Positions 36,432 to 45,502 of a stretch of DNA of 64,000 nucleotides are shown piece by piece. Source of the DNA: Alphaproteobacteria bacterium. GTDB taxonomy: Bacteria > Pseudomonadota > Alphaproteobacteria > UBA2966. The notes below the pieces were generated by a model. It was not told where the DNA came from. It did not search any database and worked only from the letters and a program-made list of their open reading frames with translations. Location: positions 640,001-704,000 of the forward strand of contig OZ219856.1 in assembly GCA_964291395.2 (NCBI GenBank). Reading direction: 5' to 3'. A program made the translations under genes and the position numbers. The stretch's first letter is position 1. Every line of letters starts with the position of its first letter.

Positions 36432-37565
36432 ATGATGAGCACACTTAGTCGTCGTTCGGTGCTGAAGGGTGCCGCTGCTGCGATCACGGCTCCCGCCGTC
36501 CTTCGCGCCCACGACGCCCTGTCGTCATCGGGTCAGGTGAACGTCTTCGCCTGGAGCGATTATATCCAGGACAACATGATCGCGAAATTCAGGGCCGACA
36601 CGGGCATCGCGATCAATCTCTCGACCTTCGGTTCGAACGACGAAGCCGAACAAAGGCTCAAAGCCGCGGGCGGCAGGGGCTTCGACGTGATCTTCCCGTC
36701 GGTAACCAATATTCCCAACTACAGGGGCGACGGCGACAACTTCATGCTCGCGCCGATCGACGAATCGCGCGTGAACATGGACAACATCATCGCCTCGATG
36801 ATTCGCGATTCGATTCAGCTTGGCGCCGTGCAGCGTGGCAAGCGGTTGGGTCTGCCCTTCGACTGGGGTACCGAGGCCGTCACCTTCAACTCGTCAATCC
36901 TGCCGCTGAGTGACGATGAGATCTCCTTCGGCTCGCTCTGGGGCGAGGGACTAGAGGGCAAGGCGGCGTTTCGTCAGAAGTCCATCATCATGGGCACGGG
37001 CCTCTACCTCGACGCGATCGGCAAGGTTGCCTCCAACCGCATGCTCGACGTCTACAAGACCGAGGATGATGCCAAGCGTGTCTGGGAGGCGGTCACGGCA
37101 TTCGTGATCGAGAACAAGAAGAACATCGGCGCGTTCTGGAACGATGCCATCGAGGCGACCAACGCCTTCACCGAGGCGGGCTGCGTCATCGGCCAGACCT
37201 GGGACACCACCGGCATCAAGCTCGGCTGGGATGTGGACCCTGTTTGGAAATACTGCATGCCCAAGGAAGGCGGTATCGCCTGGATGGATTCCATGGCGAT
37301 CCCGGTCGGCGTCGAGAACGTGGATCAAGCCTACGCCTTCGTCAACGCCATGTACGAGCCGGAGATGGCGGGGCTCTTTGTCCAGAACACCGGCTACAAC
37401 TCGGCCGCCGTGGGCGCGGCCGCCTTCGCCGGTGAGCGGTATGGACACACCTTCAATCAAATCTATACGCCGGAGACACTCGGCAATCTGTGGTGGTGGC
37501 AGGCCGAAACGCCATGGTTCGTGTCGTTGCGCCAAGTCTATGTTGAAATGATCACCAAAGCCTGA
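36432..37565 (+). CDS. PotD/PotF-family ABC substrate-binding protein with Tat signal (no permease or ATPase adjacent)
   Basis: SRRSVLKG, VFAWSDYI, FGSNDE, PFDWGTE, PKEGGIAWMDSMAIP. Confidence 0.9.
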   Translation: MMSTLSRRSVLKGAAAAITAPAVLRAHDALSSSGQVNVFAWSDYIQDNMIAKFRADTGIAINLSTFGSNDEAEQRLKAAGGRGFDVIFPSVTNIPNYRGDGDNFMLAPIDESRVNMDNIIASMIRDSIQLGAVQRGKRLGLPFDWGTEAVTFNSSILPLSDDEISFGSLWGEGLEGKAAFRQKSIIMGTGLYLDAIGKVASNRMLDVYKTEDDAKRVWEAVTAFVIENKKNIGAFWNDAIEATNAFTEAGCVIGQTWDTTGIKLGWDVDPVWKYCMPKEGGIAWMDSMAIPVGVENVDQAYAFVNAMYEPEMAGLFVQNTGYNSAAVGAAAFAGERYGHTFNQIYTPETLGNLWWWQAETPWFVSLRQVYVEMITKA

Positions 37566-37630
37566 TGATCAAGACGGTCTGACGAAGCGCACCGGATGAC
37601 CGCCGTCTCGCCCGGTCCAGAAATGGCTCG

Positions 37631-37966
37631 GTGGAATATCTCGACCCCAACGTAGTCGCGCCCGTAGCGAGGTTCATCTGGGCTTTGCATCGCGTTGCAC
37701 GGACCACACGAAACCGTGCGAGCCGGATGGGTTGGCTGGAGACCCAGTTGACGGTGGCGGCACGCTACTACGGAGGGAGACGCCGCCAGAGCTTGATTGT
37801 CGTGATCGACGAACTAGACAGGTGTCGTCCGGACTATGCCCTCAGATTCCTCGAGACGATCAAGCATGTGCTCGAGGTCCCGTGCGTGCCTTTCATAATC
37901 GCGGCGAATGCGCGGGAGCTGTCCCAAGCCGTCAATGGAGTGTACGGCGACGGCAAGGTGGAGTGA
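37631..37966 (+). pseudogene. Fragment of KAP-family P-loop NTPase
   Basis: LIVVIDELDRCRPDYALRFLETIKH...VYG; no Walker A region. Confidence 0.8.
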
Positions 37967-37990
37967 AATGGGGACCGGGTAACGGCAGAA

Positions 37991-38164
37991 GTGATTATCA
38001 TTATTTTCTCGGCGGGTCTCGCCATTTTCCTGTTCACGCGCAAGTCGCGGGGGTCGGAGCCTGCGGAGCTTCCGCCCACCGATCGGCAATTGGCTTACAT
38101 CGACCAACTACTCGAGGAAGGGGACTTGCCGGTCCCGCGCCCGGATGGCATGAGTTGGCGCTGA
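37991..38164 (+). CDS. Possible small membrane-anchored protein or remnant
   Basis: VIIIIFSAGLAIFLFTRK...PPTDRQLAYIDQLLEE. Confidence 0.35.
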   Translation: MIIIIFSAGLAIFLFTRKSRGSEPAELPPTDRQLAYIDQLLEEGDLPVPRPDGMSWR

Positions 38165-38203
38165 AGAATTCGCTTCAACGTCAACGAAACGAGGTCATCC
38201 GTC

Positions 38204-38905
38204 ATGGTTCCCACCTACAAGCACGCCCTGATCGTCGGGGTCGGCCCCGGTCTCTCCGCCTCCCTGGCCCGCCTGCTGTCGTCGGAGGGCATGACCGTGT
38301 CGCTCGCCGCCCGGAGCGTCGATGACCTCTCGGAACTCTGCTCCGAAACCGGCGCCACGGCCCACGAGTGCGACGCGACGTCGACGGGCGACGTGGACGC
38401 GCTGTTCGGGGCGTTGGAGGGGAACGATCCGGACGTCGTGATCTACAATCCGAGCGGCCGCGTGCGCGGCCCCTTCGTCGAGATCGACCGCGAGGCCACG
38501 AAGAACGCGATTCTCGTCACGGCCTATGGCGGCTTCCTCGTCGCGCAGGCGGCCGCGCAACGCATGGTGCCCAACGGTCACGGCGCCATCCTGTTCACCG
38601 CGGCGTCCGCCAGCGTCAAGGGTTACGTGCAGTCCGCCTCGTTCGCCATGGGCAAGTTCGCCCTGCGGGGCCTGGCCCAGAGCATGGCGCGGGAGCTCCA
38701 CCCCAAGGGCATCCACATCGGGCATTTCATCATCGACGGCGGCATCCGCAATCCGCTCCGGCCCGAGCGGGTGGACGCGCCCGACAATCCGGACAGCATG
38801 CTCGACCCGGACGCCATCGCCCGGAGCTACCTGCATTTCCTCCGGCAAGATCGCAGTTCCTGGGCCTGGGAGATCGAGCTCCGCCCCTGGGTCGAGAATT
38901 TTTAA
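38204..38905 (+). CDS. Short-chain dehydrogenase/reductase
   Basis: ALIVGVGPGL, FTAASASVKG, FAMGKFALRGLAQSMAREL, WAWEIELRP. Confidence 0.92.
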   Translation: MVPTYKHALIVGVGPGLSASLARLLSSEGMTVSLAARSVDDLSELCSETGATAHECDATSTGDVDALFGALEGNDPDVVIYNPSGRVRGPFVEIDREATKNAILVTAYGGFLVAQAAAQRMVPNGHGAILFTAASASVKGYVQSASFAMGKFALRGLAQSMARELHPKGIHIGHFIIDGGIRNPLRPERVDAPDNPDSMLDPDAIARSYLHFLRQDRSSWAWEIELRPWVENF

Positions 38906-38950
38906 CGGCTGCCGCGGCGAAGCTCCGAGCCGGGGCGCGGGCGAGCGGCC

Positions 38951-39322
38951 CTAACCCGGCTTCCACTCGGGCAGCGCCGTCCCGCCGGCGAGGTGATCCC
39001 CCGTCTCCGTGGTGCGCAGCAGGACGTAGACGTCGCGCGTCCCCATGACCTCTTCAAAGAGGTCGCAGATCAGCCTGGCGCAGAGGTCCTTCTGTTCCCG
39101 TGACCGTCCCGGCCGCGTGTCGATGGTCACCGTCGGCAGGCCCTTGCCCAATTCGCCGTAGGCTTCCGTGATCGCCGGATAGATCCACTTGCGCGTCTCG
39201 GGAAAGCGGTCGTTCTGGCCCGGGTCGATGGAGTCGTTGATGGCGTCGCGGAGCCCGTCCGCGATCCGGTCCTTGACCTCGTTCGAGTACCCTTCCGGGA
39301 TCTGCACTCTGACGATGGGCAT
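38951..39322 (-). CDS. Tautomerase superfamily protein (Pro-1, fused beta-alpha-beta)
   Basis: MPIVRVQIPEG...K..IAD...PGRSREQKD. Confidence 0.75.
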   Translation of the reverse strand: MPIVRVQIPEGYSNEVKDRIADGLRDAINDSIDPGQNDRFPETRKWIYPAITEAYGELGKGLPTVTIDTRPGRSREQKDLCARLICDLFEEVMGTRDVYVLLRTTETGDHLAGGTALPEWKPG

Positions 39323-39387
39323 GCTTCGGGCCCCCTTCGCTTCGTGGTCCTCGCCGTCTCAGGCCGGTCAGGCGCGCCGCCGCGGCG

Positions 39388-40686
39388 TCATTCCGCCGCG
39401 ATCGCCGGATTGTCCCCGTACTCGGCGTTCCGCCGGCCGTCCGACCCGTCGCCCACCGACCCCGTCACGTAACGGGGGAGCAGCAGGAAGCCGCCGAGGG
39501 CCTGCATCACCTCGTCGTCGCTCTCCCGGCACACCTCGTCGAGCTTCTTGAGCACGGCGCCGGCGGTCGTTTCGTGCCAGAACCAGTCGATGACCTGGGT
39601 CGAGGTCCCCGTGGCCCGTCCCGGCTGGGCGGCGACCGCCTCGAAATACCACGCGCGCATGTCCTCGAACGCGTGCTTGAGGGCCACCGTCGCGCTCATG
39701 TCTTCCGACGGGGAGTCGGGCCACTCATCGCCCAGGAACGCCGCGATGTACCGGGCGTTGCCCTCGATATCGAGGGGGCTGACGCCGACGGTCGTGCGTC
39801 CGCGCTGCTCGACCGACAGTTCGTACCAGGGACGAAGCTGGCCGATCTCGCGCAGCAACGCCTGTTCCAGGGCGACGCCGTCGCCGTTCGTTTGCGGCGG
39901 CGGGGCCTGCAGCTCGATCGGGCACGCCCAGGCCGCCTGATCGTCGCCGGTATCGGCCGGGGACGGCGGCGCGTCCTCGTCGAAGTCCTCCAGGACCGGG
40001 CCGCTCTCCGATTCCAGTGTCCCGAGCAGCGCCTTCAGCACCTTGGTCTGGAACTCCGGATCGTTCGGCGTGCCGAAGGGGCGTCCCAATTCGAAGGGCA
40101 CCCACAGCGCCCGCGGCGGCCTCATCCTTTCCGTTTGGAAACGCACCAGGCTGATGCTCGACGTGGCGATCCCTTCACGCTCCAGATAGTGGCCCAGCGC
40201 GCCGACGGCGCGCGTGCAGCGGGGTCAGACGGGGCACATCAGCACCGTGTCGACCTCGTCTCCGCGCAGCAGCCTGGCGAGCTCCGGCACGTGGGGTTCC
40301 ATGTCCTGGGGCTGGCTCCCGCCCATGAAGGCGTAATGGAACTTCGCCACCGACCCGATGAAGCCCTCGGCCTCCAGTTCGCGCATGCGGTCGATGGGAA
40401 TGACCACGTTGATGTCCTGTTGGAAGCCCGTGCGGTCGAAGTTCGGCGACAGGTGACTCATCACCAGCTCGCTCGGGTCGACGTCGGTCGGAATCAGGCG
40501 GAACTCACCGGAAAAGAACGGGTAGGGCTTGTCGTTCCGGCGCTCGATGCCGGCCGTCGAGATCAGCGCAATTCGCCTTTCCGACAGCGGCTTGGCGGGG
40601 GTCCACGGCGTGTGGTCGAATTCGGGCAGCCGCAGCCCGGCGAGATATTGCCGTTCGTACTCCGGAAGCTCTTCCCAACGTGCCAT
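39388..40686 (-). CDS. Probable selenoprotein: PrdB/GrdB-like reductase component B with in-frame UGA at codon 154 (UxxC) and C-terminal extension, 432 aa
   Basis: ORFs 40225..40686 and 39388..40146 share a frame, joined by ATG TGC CCC GTC TGA CCC CGC TGC ACG (MCPV-U-PRCT); PrdB-like motifs IALISTAG, SH..FD...QDINVVIPIDR..L...G.IG upstream and LEREGIAT, PPRALWVPFELGRPFG downstream; SD AGGAGG. Confidence 0.85.
40197..40224 (-). promoter_or_regulatory. Candidate bacterial SECIS element
   Basis: UGA + 11 nt + stem GCGCGCC / loop GUC / GGCGCGC; loop starts with G, 18 nt after the UGA. Confidence 0.65.
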
Positions 40687-40779
40687 TGCCGTCTCCTCCT
40701 GATATCAGCGATTTTTGCCTGGAATATACTGATTTTCACGACGCCATATGTTCGGATAAAGCCACGGATCCTGCCGGCC

Positions 40780-40839
40780 CGGCCGGACGACCGCGCCCTG
40801 GGCACAGATCAACAGATTCGTGTCGAGGAATGCCGTCAC
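40780..40839 (-). pseudogene. Truncated PIN (VapC) toxin, N-terminal stub
   Basis: VTAFLDTNLLICAQG; GTGA overlap with antitoxin stop. Confidence 0.7.
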
Positions 40840-41080
40840 CGGGTGTTGGCTTCCTCTCGATCGAAGGCATGGTCTTCAGGCATGGGCCAGGCACGTGCGC
40901 GCATCCGTTCGACCGCCCGTTCCCGGCTGTCGTCCCTGGCGACGGCGATACGCTCCGGCGTGGCGGACACGATTTCCAACTCGTCGCCGGATTTCAGGCC
41001 GAGGTCCTCGACCAATGCCTTGGGCAGCCGGACAGCCAGGCTGTTGCCCCATTTCGACGGCCCCATTTCGAGACTTGCAT
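40836..41080 (-). pseudogene. AbrB/MazE antitoxin with a 14-nt duplication near the start
   Basis: MQVSKWG | NSLAVRLPKALVEDLGLKSGD; TCGAAATGGGGC duplicated. Confidence 0.8.
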
Positions 41081-41285
41081 GATCTCCTGCCGGATATACC
41101 GATGATCATGTATATCATGGACGACGCGTCGCATGACGCGTCGCATGAAGTTCCACACCGGATCGGCAGGCTCGCCGAACGCTCCCGGCATCGGGACCGC
41201 TCCCCGGCCCTCATGCCCCCGCGAGGAGCGACGCCGGCTTCCCCACGGTCCGGGCGGCGCACATCGATTCGCCTTGACGGCGGGG

Positions 41286-42884
41286 CTATGTCGGGTTCCG
41301 CCGGATCAGGTCCGCCGCGCGCTCGGCGATCATGATGGTCGGAATATTGGTGTTGCTCGAAATCTGATGCGGCATCACCGAGGCGTCGACGACGCGGAGG
41401 CCGTCCAGCCCGCGGACCCGGAGCTCCTCGTCGACGACCGATTCCGGATCGGAGCCCATGCGGCAGGTGCCGATGGGATGCCAGGAGGTCTCGCCGGTCC
41501 GCATGATGTAGTCGAGGATCTCGTCGTCGGTCACGGCGTCCGGCCCCGGGCGGGTCTCCCGCACGATCACCTTCCGCAAGGCGGGTTGCGCCGCGATCTC
41601 CCGCGCCTTCTTGAAGGCGAGCACGGTGGTTTCCCGGTCCCGGGGATGCGCCAGATAGTTGACCTGGATCTTCGGCCGTTCCTCCGGATCGGCGGATTTC
41701 AGGTGGACGGAGCCCCGCGACTCCGGCCACAGATAGTAGGACCCGATGTGGAAGCCGGGAAAGCGGTCGAGGTCCCGGGCATAGCGGCTCGTGCCGCTCG
41801 ACAGGGCGCATTGGATCCGGGCGTCCGGGAATTGCGCCTCCGGGTGGCAGCGCACGAAGGCCTGCACCTTGAAGGTGGGCGTCGAGAAGATCCCGTCCCG
41901 GTGCAGGACGTAGCGGAGCAACTGCCGGGCCGCGTGCCGGGCGCTGCGTACGATGTCGTTGGCCGTGACGGGGTGCGTGGTTTCGAAGTTGAGCCGGTTG
42001 TGCAGGTGGTCCGAGAGGTTCTCCCCGACCGCGGGCAAGTCGCGCACCACCGGGATGCCGTGCGATCCGAGGAGTCCCGCGTCGCCGACGCCCGACAGCT
42101 CGAGCAGGTGCGGCGACGCGACCGCGCCGGCCGACAGCAGAACCTCCCTTCCGGCCCTGACGTCCAGTTCTTCGCCATCCACGCGATAGGCGACGCCGAC
42201 GGCGCGGCGGCCCTCGAACAGGACACGGCTGGCCACGGCATGGGTGACGATATGCAGGTTGGGCCGGCGCTTGGCGTCGTTGAGGTAACCCGCCGCGGTC
42301 CCGCACCGGAACCCCTTGCGGGTGCTCAGCTGATGACGGGTGACCCCTTCGGTGGAGCTCGCGTTGTAGTCCTCGTTCTCCGGCAGGCCGGCCTCCTTGC
42401 AGGCCTCCAGGAACGCTTGTGAGACCGGATCGTCCGTCACCACTTTCGTCGCGTGGATGGGGCCGTCCTGTCCCCGCCACTGCGGATTGCCGAAGGACGC
42501 GGTCTCGAGGCGCTTGAAGTAGGGCAGTACCTCGGGATAGCCCCATCCCGTGCAGCCCATGTCGCGCCACTCGTCGTAGCGCGCCGGTTCTCCGCGCACG
42601 TGGATCATGCCGTTGACCGAGCTGGAGCCGCCGAGCAGGCGCCCGTGGGGCCAGTAGATCGAGCGGCCCGTCATCTCGGGCTCGGTCCGGTCCTTCCAGA
42701 CGTAACGTTCGCTGTCGAGGATCTTGCCGACGCCGAGAGGAATCCTCACCCAGATGTCGTTGTAGTTCCGGCCGCCGGCCTCGAGCAGCAGGACCCGCGT
42801 GCGGCCGTCTTCGGTCAGCCGCGCGGCGAGCGCGCTGCCGGCGGAACCGGCGCCGACGACGATGTGATCGTACCCGGCGGACAT
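41286..42884 (-). CDS. GMC oxidoreductase (choline dehydrogenase-like)
   Basis: IVVGAGSAG, GRLLGGSSSVNGMIHVRG, VGENLSDHL, WHPIGTCRMG, LRVVDASVMP..SSNTN. Confidence 0.93.
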   Translation of the reverse strand: MSAGYDHIVVGAGSAGSALAARLTEDGRTRVLLLEAGGRNYNDIWVRIPLGVGKILDSERYVWKDRTEPEMTGRSIYWPHGRLLGGSSSVNGMIHVRGEPARYDEWRDMGCTGWGYPEVLPYFKRLETASFGNPQWRGQDGPIHATKVVTDDPVSQAFLEACKEAGLPENEDYNASSTEGVTRHQLSTRKGFRCGTAAGYLNDAKRRPNLHIVTHAVASRVLFEGRRAVGVAYRVDGEELDVRAGREVLLSAGAVASPHLLELSGVGDAGLLGSHGIPVVRDLPAVGENLSDHLHNRLNFETTHPVTANDIVRSARHAARQLLRYVLHRDGIFSTPTFKVQAFVRCHPEAQFPDARIQCALSSGTSRYARDLDRFPGFHIGSYYLWPESRGSVHLKSADPEERPKIQVNYLAHPRDRETTVLAFKKAREIAAQPALRKVIVRETRPGPDAVTDDEILDYIMRTGETSWHPIGTCRMGSDPESVVDEELRVRGLDGLRVVDASVMPHQISSNTNIPTIMIAERAADLIRRNPT

Positions 42885-42954
42885 GGATCGTTGAAGGAAA
42901 TCGGTGCCGGACCCGGATGCACGAAACGTGTGGGGTCCGACGCCCTCGTTCCCC

Positions 42955-44502
42955 TCAGACGTTGATGGCCGGATCCGGCGTGCCCTGGTTGATGATCACC
43001 GTGCGGCTGCGGGTGAAGTGCTCGAGCATGCTCTCGAGCGACAGCTCCTTGCCGAGGCCGCTCTGGTTGAGCCCTCCGTAGGCGACGTTGGCGATCGGCG
43101 TCCCGTACTGGTTGACCTGAACCAGGCCGGCCTCGATCTCGTCGACGAAGCGCATCGCGTGGTTGAGGTCCCGCGTCCACAACGTCGCGGCGAGGCCGTA
43201 TTCGGTGGCGTTCGCCTTGTCGAGCACGGCGGCGAAGTCCTCCCATTCGAAGACGACCGCGACGGGCCCGAAGATCTCCTCCTGGGCGCACGGTGATTCG
43301 TGCGGCACGTCCTTGATCAGCGTCGGCGCGAAGAAGAGACCCTTGCGCAGCGCCGGGTCGTCCGGCCGCCCGCCGCCGCAGAGGATCTCCGCGCCGGGCG
43401 TGTTGCGCGCCATCTCGACGTACCGGGTGACGCGGTCGAACTGCTCCTGCGAGATGATCGTGCCGATCTCGCTCTCGGGATCCAGCGGATCGCCGATCTT
43501 CAGGTTCTTCATGGCGGCCATGGCGCGTTCGATCACCTGGTCGGCGACCTCCTTGTGCAGGAACAGGCGCGAACCGGCCGTGCAGGACTGCCCTTGGCGC
43601 GAGAACCGCATGCCCTGGATGACGCCGGGGATCGCCAGATCGAGATCGGCATCGGGCATGACGATGTTGGGGCTCTTGCCTCCGAGCTCCAGCGTCACGG
43701 GGCAGATCTTGTCCGCCGCGTAATGCATGATCTGGCGCCCCACCGGGCACGACCCGGTGAACGTGATCTTGCGTACGTCCTTGTGCTCGGCGAGCGGTCG
43801 GCCGCATTCCTCGCCCATGCCCGAGATGGTGTTGACCACGCCGGGCGGGAGCACCCGCTGCGCGAGCTCGGTGCATTTCAGCACGGCGAGGGGCGCCTGC
43901 TCGGCGGTCTTCAGGACGACCGTGTTGCCTGCCACGATGGCGGGAGCGATCTTGCAGGCCCACAGCAGGATCGGCGCGTTCCACGGGATGATCGCGGCGA
44001 CCACCCCGATCGGGTCGCGCGTGGTGTAGTGCAGCGTGCCGTTGAGCCAGGGCACGGTGTTGCCTTTCAGTTCGGTCGCGAATCCCGCGAACATGCGCAG
44101 CACCTCGATGGCCATGCCGAGTTCGGGCCGCGCCTGCGTCGCATACGCGTTGCCGGTCTCCAAGGCTTCGAGTCGGCCGATGTCGTCGGCGTGCTCCTCG
44201 ATGAGGTCGGCGAGCTTGTGCGTGAGCGCGCCGCGTTCCTTGGCGGTCGTGCGCGACCACGACCTGAAGGTCTTCTTGGCCGCGGCGACGGCGCGGTCGA
44301 CGTCGGCCCCGCGGCAGCGGGGCGACGATCCGATGACGTTCAGCCAGGCCGGGTTGACCACCTCGAAGGTCTCGTCGGTCACGGCGGAGTCGAGCTTGCC
44401 GTCGACGACGACCTTGTCGGACAGGCGTGCCGCGTCGTCGTAGGTCGCCTGAACCTCCGGCGCGGGAGTGCCGATTTCCTCGGGAATTTCCTGGACTGAC
44501 AT
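42955..44502 (-). CDS. Aldehyde dehydrogenase
   Basis: [37 protein letters not shown]. Confidence 0.95.
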   Translation of the reverse strand: MSVQEIPEEIGTPAPEVQATYDDAARLSDKVVVDGKLDSAVTDETFEVVNPAWLNVIGSSPRCRGADVDRAVAAAKKTFRSWSRTTAKERGALTHKLADLIEEHADDIGRLEALETGNAYATQARPELGMAIEVLRMFAGFATELKGNTVPWLNGTLHYTTRDPIGVVAAIIPWNAPILLWACKIAPAIVAGNTVVLKTAEQAPLAVLKCTELAQRVLPPGVVNTISGMGEECGRPLAEHKDVRKITFTGSCPVGRQIMHYAADKICPVTLELGGKSPNIVMPDADLDLAIPGVIQGMRFSRQGQSCTAGSRLFLHKEVADQVIERAMAAMKNLKIGDPLDPESEIGTIISQEQFDRVTRYVEMARNTPGAEILCGGGRPDDPALRKGLFFAPTLIKDVPHESPCAQEEIFGPVAVVFEWEDFAAVLDKANATEYGLAATLWTRDLNHAMRFVDEIEAGLVQVNQYGTPIANVAYGGLNQSGLGKELSLESMLEHFTRSRTVIINQGTPDPAINV

Positions 44503-44560
44503 GGCGTGGCCTCCGCTGTTCTATGCTTCGAGTCCGCCCTCGAGGGCGGGTGACGCCGCT

Positions 44561-45502
44561 TCAATGGCCTGTAGGGAATTCGATTGCGCCGGATTGTGGC
44601 ACGGCGGCCGCTCGGCTGGCCATAACCTTGTGCATCGTCTCGCCCAGCTGCGACGGCATGTCGAGCACCGCCGCGCCGGCCTTCTCCAGCGCGTTCCGTT
44701 TCGACCGGTACGTGCCCTTGTCGCCCATGACGATCGCGCCGGCGTGACCCATCTTGCGTCCGGCCGGCGACGCGCCGCCGGCGATGAAGGCGACGACCGG
44801 TTTCGACATGGCCGCGATGAACTCCGCGGCATCCTCCTCGGCCGTGCCGCCGATTTCGCCCACCAGCACGACGGCGTCGGTTCCCGGGTCCTGCTCGAGG
44901 GCCTGGAGCGCCTCGATCGTCGTGGTTCCAAGGATCGGGTCGCCGCCGAGCCCGAGCACCGTGGACTGACCCAGCCCTGCCTGTACGAGGTTGAGACACG
45001 CCAGGGTTCCGAGGCTTCCGCTGCGGCTCACGACACCCACCCGCCCGGGACGGCAGATGTCTTCCTCCCAGGCCGGCATGATGCCGACGAAGGTCTCGCC
45101 GGGCGTCACCAGGCCCGCCGTGTTCGGCCCCATGATCCGCGTGCCGGAATCCTTCGCCGCCGCCATGAAGTACATCACGTCCTGGGTCGGGATGTGTTCC
45201 GTCAGCACGACCAGCAGGCGCACCCCCGCCTCGATGGCGTCGAGCGCCGCGGCCTTGGCGGCCATCGGCGGAATGAACATGACGGCGACGTCGATCCCGG
45301 TGTCCTTCGCGGCCGCGACGGCACTCTCGTAGACGGGGACGCCCAGGAACTCCTCGCCGGCGCGTTTCGGGTTGACCCCGCCGACGACCTCGGCACCGTA
45401 CTCCTGCATGCGTTCCGCCCAGAAGCTGCCCTGGCGCCCGGTGATGCCCTGCACCAGCATCCGGTCGGGCGCGCGGACGATCATGCCGGCGAGGTCGCTC
45501 AT
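44561..45502 (-). CDS. Succinyl-CoA synthetase alpha-like subunit (putative sulfoacetate-CoA ligase)
   Basis: QGITGRQG, GPNTAG, SRSGSL, GEIGG, MGHAGA phospho-His; divergent from canonical SucD. Confidence 0.88.
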   Translation of the reverse strand: MSDLAGMIVRAPDRMLVQGITGRQGSFWAERMQEYGAEVVGGVNPKRAGEEFLGVPVYESAVAAAKDTGIDVAVMFIPPMAAKAAALDAIEAGVRLLVVLTEHIPTQDVMYFMAAAKDSGTRIMGPNTAGLVTPGETFVGIMPAWEEDICRPGRVGVVSRSGSLGTLACLNLVQAGLGQSTVLGLGGDPILGTTTIEALQALEQDPGTDAVVLVGEIGGTAEEDAAEFIAAMSKPVVAFIAGGASPAGRKMGHAGAIVMGDKGTYRSKRNALEKAGAAVLDMPSQLGETMHKVMASRAAAVPQSGAIEFPTGH

